In this document: piece by piece, positions 39,626 to 51,724 of the stretch | Layout of the letters: every line of letters begins with the position of its first letter | Position numbering within the stretch: the stretch's first letter is position 1 | Assembly (NCBI RefSeq): GCF_036971445.1 | Contig: NC_091472.1 | Location: forward strand, 111,104,001 to 111,168,000 | DNA: 64,000 nt | Direction of reading: 5' to 3' | Source: Narcine bancroftii | Lineage: Eukaryota | Program-made: the position numbers and the translations under genes | The notes under the pieces: model-generated | Database searches by the model: none | Seen by the model: the letters and a program-made list of their open reading frames with translations, nothing else | Told to the model about the DNA's origin: nothing

Positions 39626-40250
39626 GAGTAAAAAAGAATCCCCTTTAAAATGGATTCCTCTCATCTGAGACCTATACCCTCTGGTGTTTGGATATTTGCA
39701 TTCAGTCTTGTCACTTTCCAGGAAAAGGCACGATCTTGTCTGAGATAACTCCCCCCACCACCACTCTGATGGCCCATCTCCATCCTGATGTTTTGCCAAT
39801 GGAAAAACGTTATCATCGTTTACTATGTGTCACGTTTAATTTATTTTAATTTTATTCAATCAGCAGAAATATTCATTCAGGAGAATATTCAGAGCTCCTC
39901 ACAGAGAAGAAGCAGTGTCAAAAGAACATTCATCAAAGGTTCACACCAACGTTCTTTAATTCATCAAAACATGACGGAGACAAATGCAGCTCTGAAGCAT
40001 TTTGCATTGAGTCAGCAGCCATTTGGCCAGTTCATCCCAATCACAGACCTTTTCTTTATCCATGTCACCACATCGGTGTCTGCGTCTTAAAACTTGATTC
40101 ACCCTGAATATAAAGCATAGAAATCTGCAGCACAATACAGTCTTTGGCCTACAGAACTGTGCTGACCCAATAATCTACTCTTGTAACTACCTAGAATTTC
40201 CTTTCTGCATAACTACATTTTTCTCAGTTCCATGTGCCATTTAATAGTCT

Positions 40251-40458
40251 TGTGGTGGCTCGTCTGTGCCAGGAAATTGAACCAGCTCGAGAAGTCTCGG
40301 GCAGCGAGGTGACATCACGTTCAGCTATGCATGGTGATGGTGGTGGGGGGGGGGGGGTGGGGTGGCTGGGAGCCTGGGGTTTTAAAAAGTGCTCGGGTCC
40401 AACAGTAAACTGTTGTTTTCTGCATCAACTCAATACGACTCTTAATTTCACGACCACA
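40251..40458 (+). mobile_element. Solo LTR in a minus-strand CR1 tail (CR1 ~40110-40690)
   Basis: tgtggt...accaca inverted termini, approximate TSD gtct/atct. CR1 resumes on both sides. Confidence 0.65.
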
Positions 40459-41342
40459 ATCTCTTAAAATATCCTTTTGCACCTGCTTCTCCACCTTTGC
40501 TGGCAGCGCATTGCATGCACCCACCACTCTCTGTGGAAAAACATACCTCTTGCATCTCCCCTGACCTTACTCCAAAGCATCATAAAACAATGCCCCCACA
40601 TGTTAGCCATTTCAGCACTTGGAAAAAGCCTCTGGCCATCCACACAATCAATACCTTGCACCATCTTGTATGCTTCTATCACCCCTCTTTCTCCAAGGAG
40701 AAAAGACCAACCTGAACTATTCTGGAAATGAGTCGTAAATGTGAAATACTAAACGCTTCCTTCTTCACTGGTGCTGATAACATGCCAAGTATTTCCATCA
40801 AGGTGTACTTTAATTTTATACTCATCTGCTGCATTAATTTCCTCAAAAACACATTTTTTTTTAATTAAAAAAAATTTAGACATACAGCACTGTTATAGGC
40901 CAAATTTGACCCTACGAATCCATGTCACCCAATTTACATCCGATTAACCTGCACCCTGGTACTTTTTCTTAAACCAATACTCAATCCATTAACTCTACTT
41001 TTTAACTGCTGTGCTACATATGGGTTGACAAGCTGGACTGCTCAAACTTAAATGAATCAACAAATACAGTTGATGAAATGAGAGTGCAGGAAGCACTTAG
41101 TAGGTCAAGCGGAGCCGATGTAGAAAGAAAGAGTTCATGTGTCAAATTCATAATTTTTTTGGGTGAAAACACAAAGTAATTTTCTGATTTATTTCATATT
41201 TTCTAACATTTTCAGCATTTTGCTTTTGGCTGCAAATTTGCCAAAGAATCCCTACTTAAACTTATGAACTGCCTTTGGTAGCAAGCTGACAGTTCGGTCA
41301 ATATTCTAGAACATTGAATATTCTCTGTGTATATATATATAT

Positions 41343-42660
41343 CTTTCTTCTTTGGCTTGGCTTCGCGGACGAAGATTTATGGAGGGGGTAAAAAAGTCCA
41401 CGTCAGCTGCAGGCTCGTTTGTGGCTGACCAGTCCGATGCGGGACAGGCAGACACGATTGCAGCGGTTGCAAGGGAAAATTGGTTGGTTGGGGTTGGGTG
41501 TTGGGTTTTTCCTCCTTTGCCTTTTGTCAGTGAGGTGGGCTCTGCGGTCTTCTTCAAAGGAGGCTGCTGCCCGCCAAACTGTGAGGCGCCAAGATGCACG
41601 GTTTGAGGCGTTATCAGCCCACTGGCGGTGGTCAATGTGGCAGGCACCAAGAGATTTCTTTAGGCAGTCCTTGTACCTTTTCTTTGGTGCACCTCTGTCA
41701 CGGTGGCCAGTGGAGAGCTCGCCATATAATACGATCTTGGGAAGGCGATGGTCCTCCATTCTGGAGACGTGACCCATCCAGCGCAGCTGGATCTTCAGCA
41801 GCGTGGACTCGATGCTGTCGACCTCTGCCATCTCGAGTACCTCGACGTTAGGGGTGTGAGCGCTCCAATGGATGTTGAGGATGGAGCGGAGACAACGCTG
41901 GTGGAAGCGTTCTAGGAGCCGTAGGTGGTGCCGGTAGAGGACCCATGATTCGGAGCCGAACAGGAGTGTGGGTATGACAACGGCTCTGTATACGCTTATC
42001 TTTGTGAGGTTTTTCAGTTGGTTGTTTTTCCAGACTCTTTTGTGTAGTCTTCCAAAGGCGCTATTTGCCTTGGCGAGTCTGTTGTCTATCTCATTGTCGA
42101 TCCTTGCATCTGATGAAATGGTGCAGCCGAGATAGGTAAACTGGTTGACCGTTTTGAGTTTTGTGTGCCCGATGGAGATGTGGGGGGGCTGATAGTCATG
42201 GTGGGGAGCTGGCTGATGGAGGACCTCAGTTTTCTTCAGGCTGACTTCCAGGCCAAACATTTTGGCAGTTTCCGCAAAGCAGGACGTCAAGCGCTGAAGA
42301 GCTGGCTCTGAATGGGCAACTAAAGCGGCATCATCTGCAAAGAGTAGTTCACGGACAAGTTTCTCTTGTGTCTTGGTGTGAGCTTGCAGGCGCCTCAGAT
42401 TGAAGAGACTGCCATCCGTGCGGTACCGGATGTAAACAGCGTCTTCATTGTTGGGGTCTTTCATGGCTTGGTTCAGCATCATGCTGAAGAAGATTGAAAA
42501 GAGGGTTGGTGCGAGAACACAGCCTTGCTTCACGCCATTGTTAATGGAGAAGGGTTCAGAGAGCTCATTGCTGTATCTGACCCGACCTTGTTGGTTTTCA
42601 TGCAGTTGGATAATCATGTTGAGGAACTTTGGGGGACATCCGATGCGCTCTAGTATTTGC
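41343..42660 (-). mobile_element. Young RTE-clade LINE, RT and C-terminal zinc finger, 5' end at an inversion/assembly gap
   Basis: Open reading frame of ~420 aa with GVKQGCVLAPTLF, ELLFADD, FTYLG, QLRWMGHV.RM and CNRC...SH..C. Tail GCCAAGCCAAAGAAGAAAG next to (TA)n. Confidence 0.95.
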
Positions 42661-42711
42661 GCTCTAGTAATACTAGAGCGCATCGGATGTCCCCCAAAGT
42701 TCCTCAAATAT

Positions 42712-42880
42712 NNNNNNNNNNNNNNNNNNNNNNNNNNNNNNNNNNNNNNNNNNNNNNNNNNNNNNNNNNNNNNNNNNNNNNNNNNNNNNNNNNNNNNNNN
42801 NNNNNNNNNNNNNNNNNNNNNNNNNNNNNNNNNNNNNNNNNNNNNNNNNNNNNNNNNNNNNNNNNNNNNNNNNNNNNNNN
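42712..42880. other. Assembly gap (169 N)
   Basis: Run of N. Confidence 1.
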
Positions 42881-43042
42881 CAGCTTGAAAACTTCAAACA
42901 ACTGTTCCTTTAAGAAAATTAAATAATATCTATTATAATCATACTTAAGAGAGCATGTTGTGAGGGTATTAAATAAATGTACTGCTCTTGCTTAATCTAC
43001 TTCATACATGGGTTCCAATTAAGTCATTTTAAACATCCTTAC

Positions 43043-43256
43043 CCAGCATTCAACTTTGCTTTGCCAACTTGGTTCTGCGGCCGGTACATTTTAGCCAGTT
43101 CTTCTGGTGTAAGGTTAGGCTGGCTCACAGCCAGGATGTTGCAATTAGGTTCAGCTAGAGGACTATCACTGAACCAAGTAATTGTAGAAGAAACAGGTGT
43201 TCCATTGATGGGGTCATATATGGGAGTCATCGTCTTGCTGTAGAGTCCAGGACTTC
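43043..43256 (-). CDS. FERMT1: Kindlin-1 coding exon (exon 5 equivalent)
   Basis: AG/GT-bounded, 214 bp. Encodes [82 protein letters not shown] is the kindlin-1 rather than kindlin-2 version. Confidence 0.96.
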
Positions 43257-44026
43257 CTGAACAATGAAACAGATGGTAGCGATGAAACAAAGAATCAGAG
43301 GCATTTATATGCAGTATCTCATTAAACATGTTGAAACAAAGCAGGTCATTGTTCTACTATACAAATCATTAATAATAATTAACAAACCAAGAATTCTAAA
43401 ACAGGGCAATGTTTCAGCGAGCCTGATTGTTAATCTTATAATAATTTTATTAAACACCATTAGATTTGTGATCAAGAAAATTACCTTGCAACATAAGCAA
43501 AGAAACTAGGTAATAGTTGAAAATATTTTAAACATGGTATATTTGGTATAATGTGTGAAAAGTTTTGCCAATAAATAGAAGTGACAGTCCTCGAGTCATG
43601 GAGTTAAACTGCACAGAAGCATTCACGCTGACCAAGTTCCCTGTTATAGTGAGACCCATTGCGCAGTTTTGGCCCATATCCCTCTAAACCAATGGTTTTC
43701 AAACATTTTCTTGCCACTCACATACCACCATGACTATTCCCTATGCCATAGGTGCTCTTTGATTAGTAAGGGATTGCTTAAGGGAGTATGTGGGTGGAAA
43801 GAAAACGTTTGAAAACCACTGTTTTAATCGTACCCAATTGTTCTGTGCAGATTTTCAAAACTGGGCCAATGACAATTTTTCTCCAGCAAAATATTTCAGT
43901 AACAATTGAGTCTAGAGAGGTGATTCTCAATGTTTTCTTTTCCCCACTCACATACCCCCTTACGTAATCCCTTACGAATCACAGAGCAAAGGGATTACGT
44001 AAGGGGGTATGTGAGTGGGAAGAAAA

Positions 44027-44293
44027 AGATGAAAGGGTTGTTGGACAATTGCACCTTTCAATCCAGAATGCACTCAGAGGCACAGAACACTTAATAGTTA
44101 TTGAATATGCTTGCTTAAGAATAAACTACAGTCTGATAATATTTTAACTATAGATTGTAATAGTATGGGGCAGATTTAATATTGTAATTTTCTCATGTTT
44201 AGCAATTATTTGTAATTGCATGTTTTTTTTTAATTTGAGTGCCTTCAACTATACAGAAAACAATATTCATAAAAGCCATAAGACACAGAAGCA
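44027..44293 (-). repeat. Inverted duplicate of 46186-46455
   Basis: Direct reverse-complement match. Only two small indels (3 nt in total) seen by eye. Confidence 0.92.
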
Positions 44294-44411
44294 TTATACC
44301 AAATATACCATGTTTAAAATATTTTCAACTATTACCTAGTTTCTTTGCTTATGTTGCAAGGTAATTTTCTTGATCACAAATCTAATGGTGTTTAATAAAA
44401 TTATTATAAGA
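44292..44411 (-). repeat. Inverted duplicate of 43434-43553
   Basis: 120-bp reverse-complement match with no mismatch seen by eye. Confidence 0.92.
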
Positions 44412-45309
44412 AAACCATTGCTCTAAACCTTTCAAGTTCATTTTCATCTGACTTTCCCTATACAAACTGACGAAACAGCATTTCTCACGACCACAGTGCA
44501 CACACAATCCACAGCCTTCAAAAGGTACATACAAATATATACAAATATTTTGGGATGATTTACTTGGTTTACAGGATACCGTTCAATCTCACAGCCTGTG
44601 GGAAGAATTTATTTCTTAGCCTGGCAGTCCTGATTTTGATGCCCCTGCACCTCCTGTCCATGCAGCTGTCCAAATGATTTGAAAATGTCACAATCGTACC
44701 CGCCTCTGCCACTTCCCACAGCAGCTCATTCCATATAACCCACTATCTACTTTATGAGGCGCATGACTACAACAGTGGCACAAAACCTCTTTACCACAAC
44801 TTCTCAAAATGTTTTCTCTCTCCAGCGATGTAGTCTTATTGATCTCTTTCATATCTGCTTTCCCATGTTGGTAACATTCTGCTTGATGTCGCCCTTTAGC
44901 AAATTCTTGTACATCTGGAATTTTTTAATGGTCATGACAATTTTTCTGTGCTCAACTTTCCCTTCCCCCCACCCTCACAAGTTTCACTAACAAAGATGAC
45001 AACATCTTCAGACTAGGTGCTGAAATTTCTGGCTCACTGAGCAATCCTGACCTTGCTTGAAGCAACCAACTCCATGAGGACCATCAACCTGGTGGTGCCA
45101 TGTTATTGGTCTACTGGCATCTGCCATCAGGAAGCAAACAGGCCTAGTTCTTGTGAACAATTCAGGATGAAAATCACACCCACGATGTTTTAAATCAGAT
45201 TTTTTCCAACTTCCCATCACGTTTGGCAGCTCACCCAACAGGCTGCTCATGGAACCAGTTCAATGCATCAGGAAAACACCAACTCCAATTTCAAGGCAGC
45301 ATTTATTAG

Positions 45310-46205
45310 ACAACGATGAAAGAGGTGGGTAGTGTTCAGAAAGCAAGGGGTCTGCAGAGGGATTTGGTCAGGTTGGGAGAACAGACAAACAAGTGACAGA
45401 TGGAATACAATTTGGAAAGTATGGGGTCATGGATTTTGTGGAAAGAACAAAAAAAGCAACCCATTTTCCAAATGGAGAGAGAATTAAGAAAGCAGAGGTT
45501 CAAAGGGACTTGGGAGTGCTCAAGCAGGATTCCCTGAAAGGTAACTTGCAGGTTGAGTCAGTACGAAGGAAGGCAAATGCAATGTTGGCGTTCATTTCGA
45601 ATGGACTAGAATGCATTAGCAAAAATGTAATGGGGAGGCTTTATAAGGTGCTGATCAGACCATATTTGGAGCATTATGAGCAGTTTTGGACCTCATATCT
45701 AAGAAAGGATGTGTTGGTGTTGGAAAGAGTCCAGAGGAGGTTTATGAAAATGATCCTGGGAAATGAGAGGGTTCATATATGAGGAGCGTTTGATGGTTCA
45801 GTGCCTGTACTTGCTGGAGTTTAGAAGGATAAACACTGAAATATTGAAAGGGCTGGATAGAGTGGATGTGGAGAAGATGTTTCCAGTAGTGGGAGAGTGT
45901 AGGGCCAGAGGGCATAGCCTCAGAATTGAAGGAGGTCACTTTAGTACATAAATGAGAAGTTTCTTCTGCTGTAGGGTGGTGGATCTATGGAATTCGTTGC
46001 CATAGATGGCAGTGGAGGCCAAGTCAATGAGTAGATTTAAGTGGAGTTGATAGGTTCTTAGGTTCTTAATTTCTAAGGTTTTCAAGGATCATGGGGAGAA
46101 CAAAGGACAATTGGATTGAAAGGAAAAGTACCTCATCCATGATTCGAATGGTGGAGCAGACTCGATGGGCTAAATGGCCTAATTCTGCTTCTGTGTCTTA
46201 TGGCT
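45310..46205 (+). mobile_element. CR1 LINE 3' part
   Basis: QRDLGVL, KANAMLAFI, LYKVLIRPYLEHYEQFW and LERVQRRF, then the tail. Other CR1 pieces at ~47010-47500 (+), 48370-48960 (-), 51440-51724 (-) and 57940-58230 (-). Confidence 0.85.
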
Positions 46206-49200
46206 TTTATGAATATTGTTTTCTGTATAGTTGAAGGCACTCAAATTAAAAAATAAACATGCAATTACAAATAATTGCTAAACATGAGAAAATTACAATA
46301 TTAAATCTGCCCCATACTATTACAATCTAACTAGTTAAAATATTATCAGACTGTAGTTTATTCTTAAGCAAGCATATTCAATAACTATTAAGTGTTCTGT
46401 GCCTCTGAGTGCATTCTGGATTGAAAGGTGCAATTGTCCAACAACCCTTTCATCTCAACTTTTTTTTTAATAGCATCCATTGAAGGCAAAGCATCTCTAA
46501 TTAGAGAACATGTTGATCCTGTGATCCTCCAGGATGCATGCATGAAGGAAAGGATGCTATCAGTTACAGACTTGAAAAGGCCTGGAAAGGAGCCAATGGT
46601 GTGTGTGTTTTTACAACATCTGCACAAGATTGCAGCACCCATGTTTGGCAGCAGGACACTAAAGTAGGAGAATATGCCACCCTCCTCCCCCTGGTGAAGA
46701 GATGACCTTACAAAAAAGGTGATCATGGCAGCAGACCAGTGAGGGGGCTCAGCAGCTGAAGGCCCTGCATGGGCTGCTGGAGACTGAAGGGCCCACATGG
46801 GCAGAGTGAAAATGACGCTTGTTCAAAGTGAGTTGCTTGACCAATTTCTGCATATTGCCCAACAGAGAGGCAGGAGATAATGGTTTTAAGTTAATTTGGC
46901 ACAAAGTACCTAGAAGGGTTCTTCTGCAAGCAGACTGACAGGTCACCTTCAACATTCATACAGCCAGGTAAAGGAAAAGTACTTCATCCATGAGTTTTTG
47001 TTTGTCACGTAACAGGGAAGCTATCAATAAAATTGAAAGAGAGTAGAAAAGATTTACTAGGAAGTTGCCCGGACTTCAAGAACTGAGTTACAGGGAAAGG
47101 TTAAACAGGTTAGGTCAGCATTTTATTCACTGGAGAGTGGAAAAATGAGGGGAGATTTGACAGAGGTATACAAAATTATGAGGAGTATAGATAGAGTAAA
47201 TGCAAATAGGCCTTTTCCACTGAGGTTGGGTGAGAATACACACCAGAGTACATGGGTTAAGGGTAAAAGGTTAAGGGGAACATGAGGGGGAACTCATTCA
47301 GTCAGAGAGTAGTGGGAGTGAGGAACAAGCTGCCAGCTGAAGTGGTGAAGATTGTCATTTAAGAAAAGTTTGGATGGATGGGAGGGGCATGGAGGGTTAT
47401 GGATTGGGTGCAGGTCAATGGGATTAGACAGAATAATAATAATAATTCAGCATAGACTTGAAGGGGCAAAAGGACCTGTTTCTATGGTGCAGCAATCTAT
47501 GAATCTAACTTAAGGACTATAGGTTTACAATGAAAAGGAAGCTGGGAGGAGGGAGAAGAGATTGTGACCAGGGTGTGACTAGGGTGTGATAGGTCCTTAA
47601 ATTTGTTGACTATGTTTCCAAAGCAGTGGGAGATGTAGATGGAGTCCATGATGGGACAGGAAGTTTTCAATATAACTGTATTATTACAAATGGCAGCAGT
47701 GATCAACAGCAGTTCCTTCCAAATAATCAATAAAATTTATAGGTTGTATTGTGGTATTCCTTATCAGTTTAAAATATGACATGGTTAGTGAGATCTAATA
47801 TTTTATTCAGGATAAATTACTGATGCAGGGTCAGGATGAAGATATATTAGAAGGGAATCTTAGGCTCCAATCAGATATATTGCATGTGAAAACGTATGGA
47901 TGGTGATGTCAAGCTGGATACCGGAGGTGAGATGGTAAAGGTCGACAAGATGTAGAGAAGGGATAATCAGACTTCAATTTGTTAAACAGGATAAATAGTT
48001 TGTTCAGGGCCAGTTTCAGTGCTGAAGCATCAGAAGAAATATAACTGCAAGGGTACAAACAGCACATTGCATCTGATCTTATCAATGCTGCAAAGGGCGA
48101 GAAACACAAGGCAAGAGTAGACACGAATGGAGGTGGGGTGGGGGGGGCGGGGGGCAGGTTGGATAGTCAGTACTGATTCTGATATGTATCAGAGCAGTCC
48201 TGAAGAAAGGAAAACATTTTACAATGTCAGTTTTTAGGTGCAGCATTGGTATTTCTCTGGCTTCCTCCACCTCCTTGTTGCTGGACCCTTTCAGACCTAG
48301 GTCTATTCCCATTTCTTCAGGTGCCCAGCACCCAAGTATTTCATAGTAATTGGAAGAGGAACACACATCACAGAAATCTATAGCATAGTATAGGCTCTTC
48401 GGCCCACAGTGTTGTGCTAACCTAATAACCTAGTCTAAGAGCTGCCTAGGATTTCCCCACTGCATAACCCTCCATTCTTTTCAGTTCTATGTGTCTAGCC
48501 AATTGTATTTTAAAAACCCTGTTGTCCTTGCCTCCACCACCACTGCCAACAGCACATCCAATGTACCCACCTCTATCTGTGTGAAGAACTTAACTCTTAC
48601 AACTACCCTATTCTTAGTCCTAACATATGCCCCCTTATGTTAGAAATTTCAGCCCTAAGTAAAAGACATCCACACAATCAATCCTTTTCATCATCTTGTA
48701 GACTTCTATCAGGTCACCCCTCATCCTATCCCTCCAAGGATAAAAGACCAAGTTCACACAACCTATCCTCATAAGGCATGATCTACAATCCAGGCAACAT
48801 CTTTCTAAATCTCCTCGATAGCGTCCAAATTTTTCCTGTAACGAGATGAGCAGAACTGAACACAATATTCCAAGTGTGATCTAACCAAAGTCTTGTGTAG
48901 AGGTAACATTACCTCACGTCCCTTGAACTCGATCCCATGGTCAATGAAGGCTAACATATGCCTTCTTGACATCACTATTAAGATGCAACAGCTTTGAGTG
49001 TCCTCAGGAAACACACCATAACAATAGATAGAGGGCTGGACGTACTCCTGTCTCGGTATTCGCACTATATCCAGGCAGATGCATAGAAGGTAAGGGGTAG
49101 GGAATGAATTATGGTTCGACCTTTTTTTGTCACGCCTGAGAGATGAATACTACCTAGTGCTAGCAAGAGTAGTGACAGAGCCAGTAAGTTCAGAAGGGAA

Positions 49201-50076
49201 CAGTGGTAGCTAATTATCAATAAGAAATTCTTGCATATCGTGCTGGGACATGTTTGGATGGACAGGTTTCAAACACTGGGCAGAAAGACATTGTAGACAA
49301 AGCATGCTTCTTTGAGTAATTAAGGGACTGGAGATACATTCAAACAATTTTTCTACTACAAAAGCTATTTCCAATCCCAACCTGAAGCCTACAGGGCACA
49401 GAAACCTCAATCTATTTTACCCCCTCCCTCTCTCCCCAAAAGAGCACAATGCCTGTACATTCATGCCCCAAATCTCCCTCAGTATTCAAGGAATAATGAA
49501 ATAATCCATAATTACACCTCATGCTGCAAGCTGTTGTTGAATTTCCTTTTGCCCTTAAAGTAAATTTCACTGTTACAAAAAAAAAATCCACCTGGCAAAA
49601 TTTAACAATCTTCCAATTCAGAGTTCTCTGATCTACGTTAAAAAAAAGCTTTATTAAAAATAACAAACCACTGCACAGAGAAAGGTGCAGTCTGCATAGA
49701 AACAAAAATTAAACAATGGCTTTGCCTGAATGCAGTTACATTTCTATGGAAAGTCACTTTTAAACATGCAAACAAACAGAAAATGCTGTGAAGAATCAAC
49801 AGGTCCTTGATTTGAAATCTTGCCACTCTTTTCCTCATAAATGCTCTAAACTGGTTGACTACTTCCATTTTTCTCTGCTGAGAAATAAGAAAGTCTGCAG
49901 ACATTGTGATTGTAGTAAATAATCAAAAGGGCTGGAAAAACTCAACAGGTCCCATAACATCCATAGGAGGCAAAGATACAGAGGCAAAGATTTCAGGACT
50001 TTTAAGTTATGAGCAAAAAGCAGGCAGGTGCCCAAATAAAATGATGGGGAGGGGGGGTGGGGGAGAATAAAAAGAA

Positions 50077-50495
50077 GGGCCGGGGTGGTGGGAGAAAGAA
50101 GGGCCGGGGTGGTGGGAGAAAGAAGGGCCGGGGTGGTGGGAGAAAGAAGGGCCGGGGTGGTGGGAGAAAGAAGGGCCGGGGTGGTGGGAGAAAGAAGGGC
50201 CGGGGTGGTGGGAGAAAGAAGGGCCGGGGTGGTGGGAGAAAGAAGGGCCGGGGTGGTGGGAGAAAGAAGGGCCGGGGTGGTGGGAGAAAGAAGGGCCGGG
50301 GTGGTGGGAGAAAGAAGGGCCGGGGTGGTGGGAGAAAGAAGGGCCGGGGTGGTGGGAGAAAGAAGGGCCGGGGTGGTGGGAGAAAGAAGGGCCGGGGTGG
50401 TGGGAGAAAGAAGGGCCGGGGTGGTGGGAGAAAGAAGGGCCGGGGTGGTGGGAGAAAGAAGGGCCGGGGTGGTGGGAGAAAGAAGGGCCGGGGTG
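50077..50495 (+). repeat. Perfect minisatellite, 24-bp unit gggccggggtggtgggagaaagaa x17 plus 11 bp
   Basis: Directly visible. Embedded in a minus-strand Penelope 3' fragment (~49880-50600). Confidence 0.98.
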
Positions 50496-50692
50496 CCTCG
50501 ATGGAATATGGTGTTGTTCCTCCAATTTGTAGATGGCCTCTGTTGGGCAGTGCATGAGACCACAGACAAGCATGTTGTCGTGGGAATCGAAATGGGTGGC
50601 TCCATTTCAAAGCTTCGTTTGCCTCTGCTTTGGGTTTCCAGTGACTGCAGCTTTTTTGGTCCAAATTGTAAAATATCGCTCATTTTAATTAC

Positions 50693-50833
50693 CTACTGAT
50701 CCCGGGGATAATGGCAGTTGATCCAAATCTAAAATATCTTCACTAATTGGAAGTTCATTGTTCTTTTTACTCTTCCTTCTTATAATGGTATGTGGCGGTC
50801 TCAATAGGGAGAGTTCTTCAGGCCTACGGATAT
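50693..50833 (-). CDS. FERMT1: Kindlin-1 coding exon (human exon 4 equivalent), F1 subdomain/basic loop
   Basis: Minus strand reads ttcag|ATATCCGT...TCAGTAG|gtaatt and encodes xIRRPEELSLLRPPHTIIRRKSKKNNELPISEDILDLDQLPLSPGSV. It is 141 bp, phase 1/1, and carries the kindlin IRR.EELSLL motif. Confidence 0.93.
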
Positions 50834-51724
50834 CTGAAAGAATTTGATAAAAATGTGTGTCAAATTAGAACTAAATAAATTAGAACTAAATATGACAGAA
50901 CATCAACACATTCAGAGTGTACAGACCGAGCCAACCACTTATTCAATGGATCCATATTCAAAATCCAACATTGACAAATCTTAGCAAAACCTGAACAGTA
51001 TTTTTGGATATTTGCAGTCAAACTTTTCAAAGGATTCCTGAGATGGACCTTCATAAAATCTCCCCCCCCCCCCCCCCCCACCAGAATAAAGCCTAAAATA
51101 TTATGGAGTCAGGAAGAGCGAGTACTTCTGTTCTGGGCTTGCCTTTAATTCTTTGTTACTCAGTTTTCCCTCTCCCTGTGGATGCTGAAGGTTTCCAACC
51201 TTTTTTTTTGTTTTTCTTTCTGATTCCCAGCATCTGCAGGGTTTCACTCAACTGTCTGACACGCTCTTTCCATCCCACCACCCAGTCCAAGATGGGCGAT
51301 TTGTTCCAACACATGAAATGAGGAGGAATTCAGCAGGTTAGGGAAACAAATTGACTGTCAGCCAGAATGCCTCATCAGAATCCCAAGAATTGTGCAGCGA
51401 CTGAATAAATGTTGGAATAGTATTTGTCTCAAACACCTATTTTGCCAGCCCATTCCTTAAACTCACCACCCTCTGTTTAAAAGAAGTTACCCCTCAGGTT
51501 CCTGTTACATCTCTCTCTCCCCCCCCACCCCACCCTAAACCTTTGTCCTCTGGTTATGGATTCCCCTGCTCCAAGCAAAAGATTCCACATTCATCCCAAT
51601 CTATTCCACTCATGATTTTGTACACCTTGATGAGATCACCCCTCATTCCCCATGCCCTCCAATGAATAAACCCCTAGCCTGCTCATCCTCTCCCTATATC
51701 TCATGCCCCTGAGTCCTGGCAACA

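Larger units (their letters stand above)
43690..44420. mobile_element. hAT MITE (same family as 22021-22379) carrying inserted inverted copies of flanking DNA
   Basis: Termini caatggttttc / gaaaaccattg with a perfect 8-bp TSD ctctaaac (43682-43689, 44421-44428). Confidence 0.9.

Noticed and set aside
41419-41851. Plus-strand ORFs overlapping the RTE
   Set aside because: Antisense shadows of a GC-rich intact RT frame.
42448-42926. ORFs containing X runs, and the MRNFGGHPM N-terminus of the 434-aa ORF
   Set aside because: Produced by the N gap and the fold-back inversion.
50077-50495. CRISPR-like array
   Set aside because: Units are contiguous with no spacers, and the DNA is eukaryotic.
49859-50699. 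Five long repetitive ORFs (PALLSPTT, GRGGGRKK etc.)
   Set aside because: All are frames of the stop-free 24-bp minisatellite; there is no evidence of a gene.
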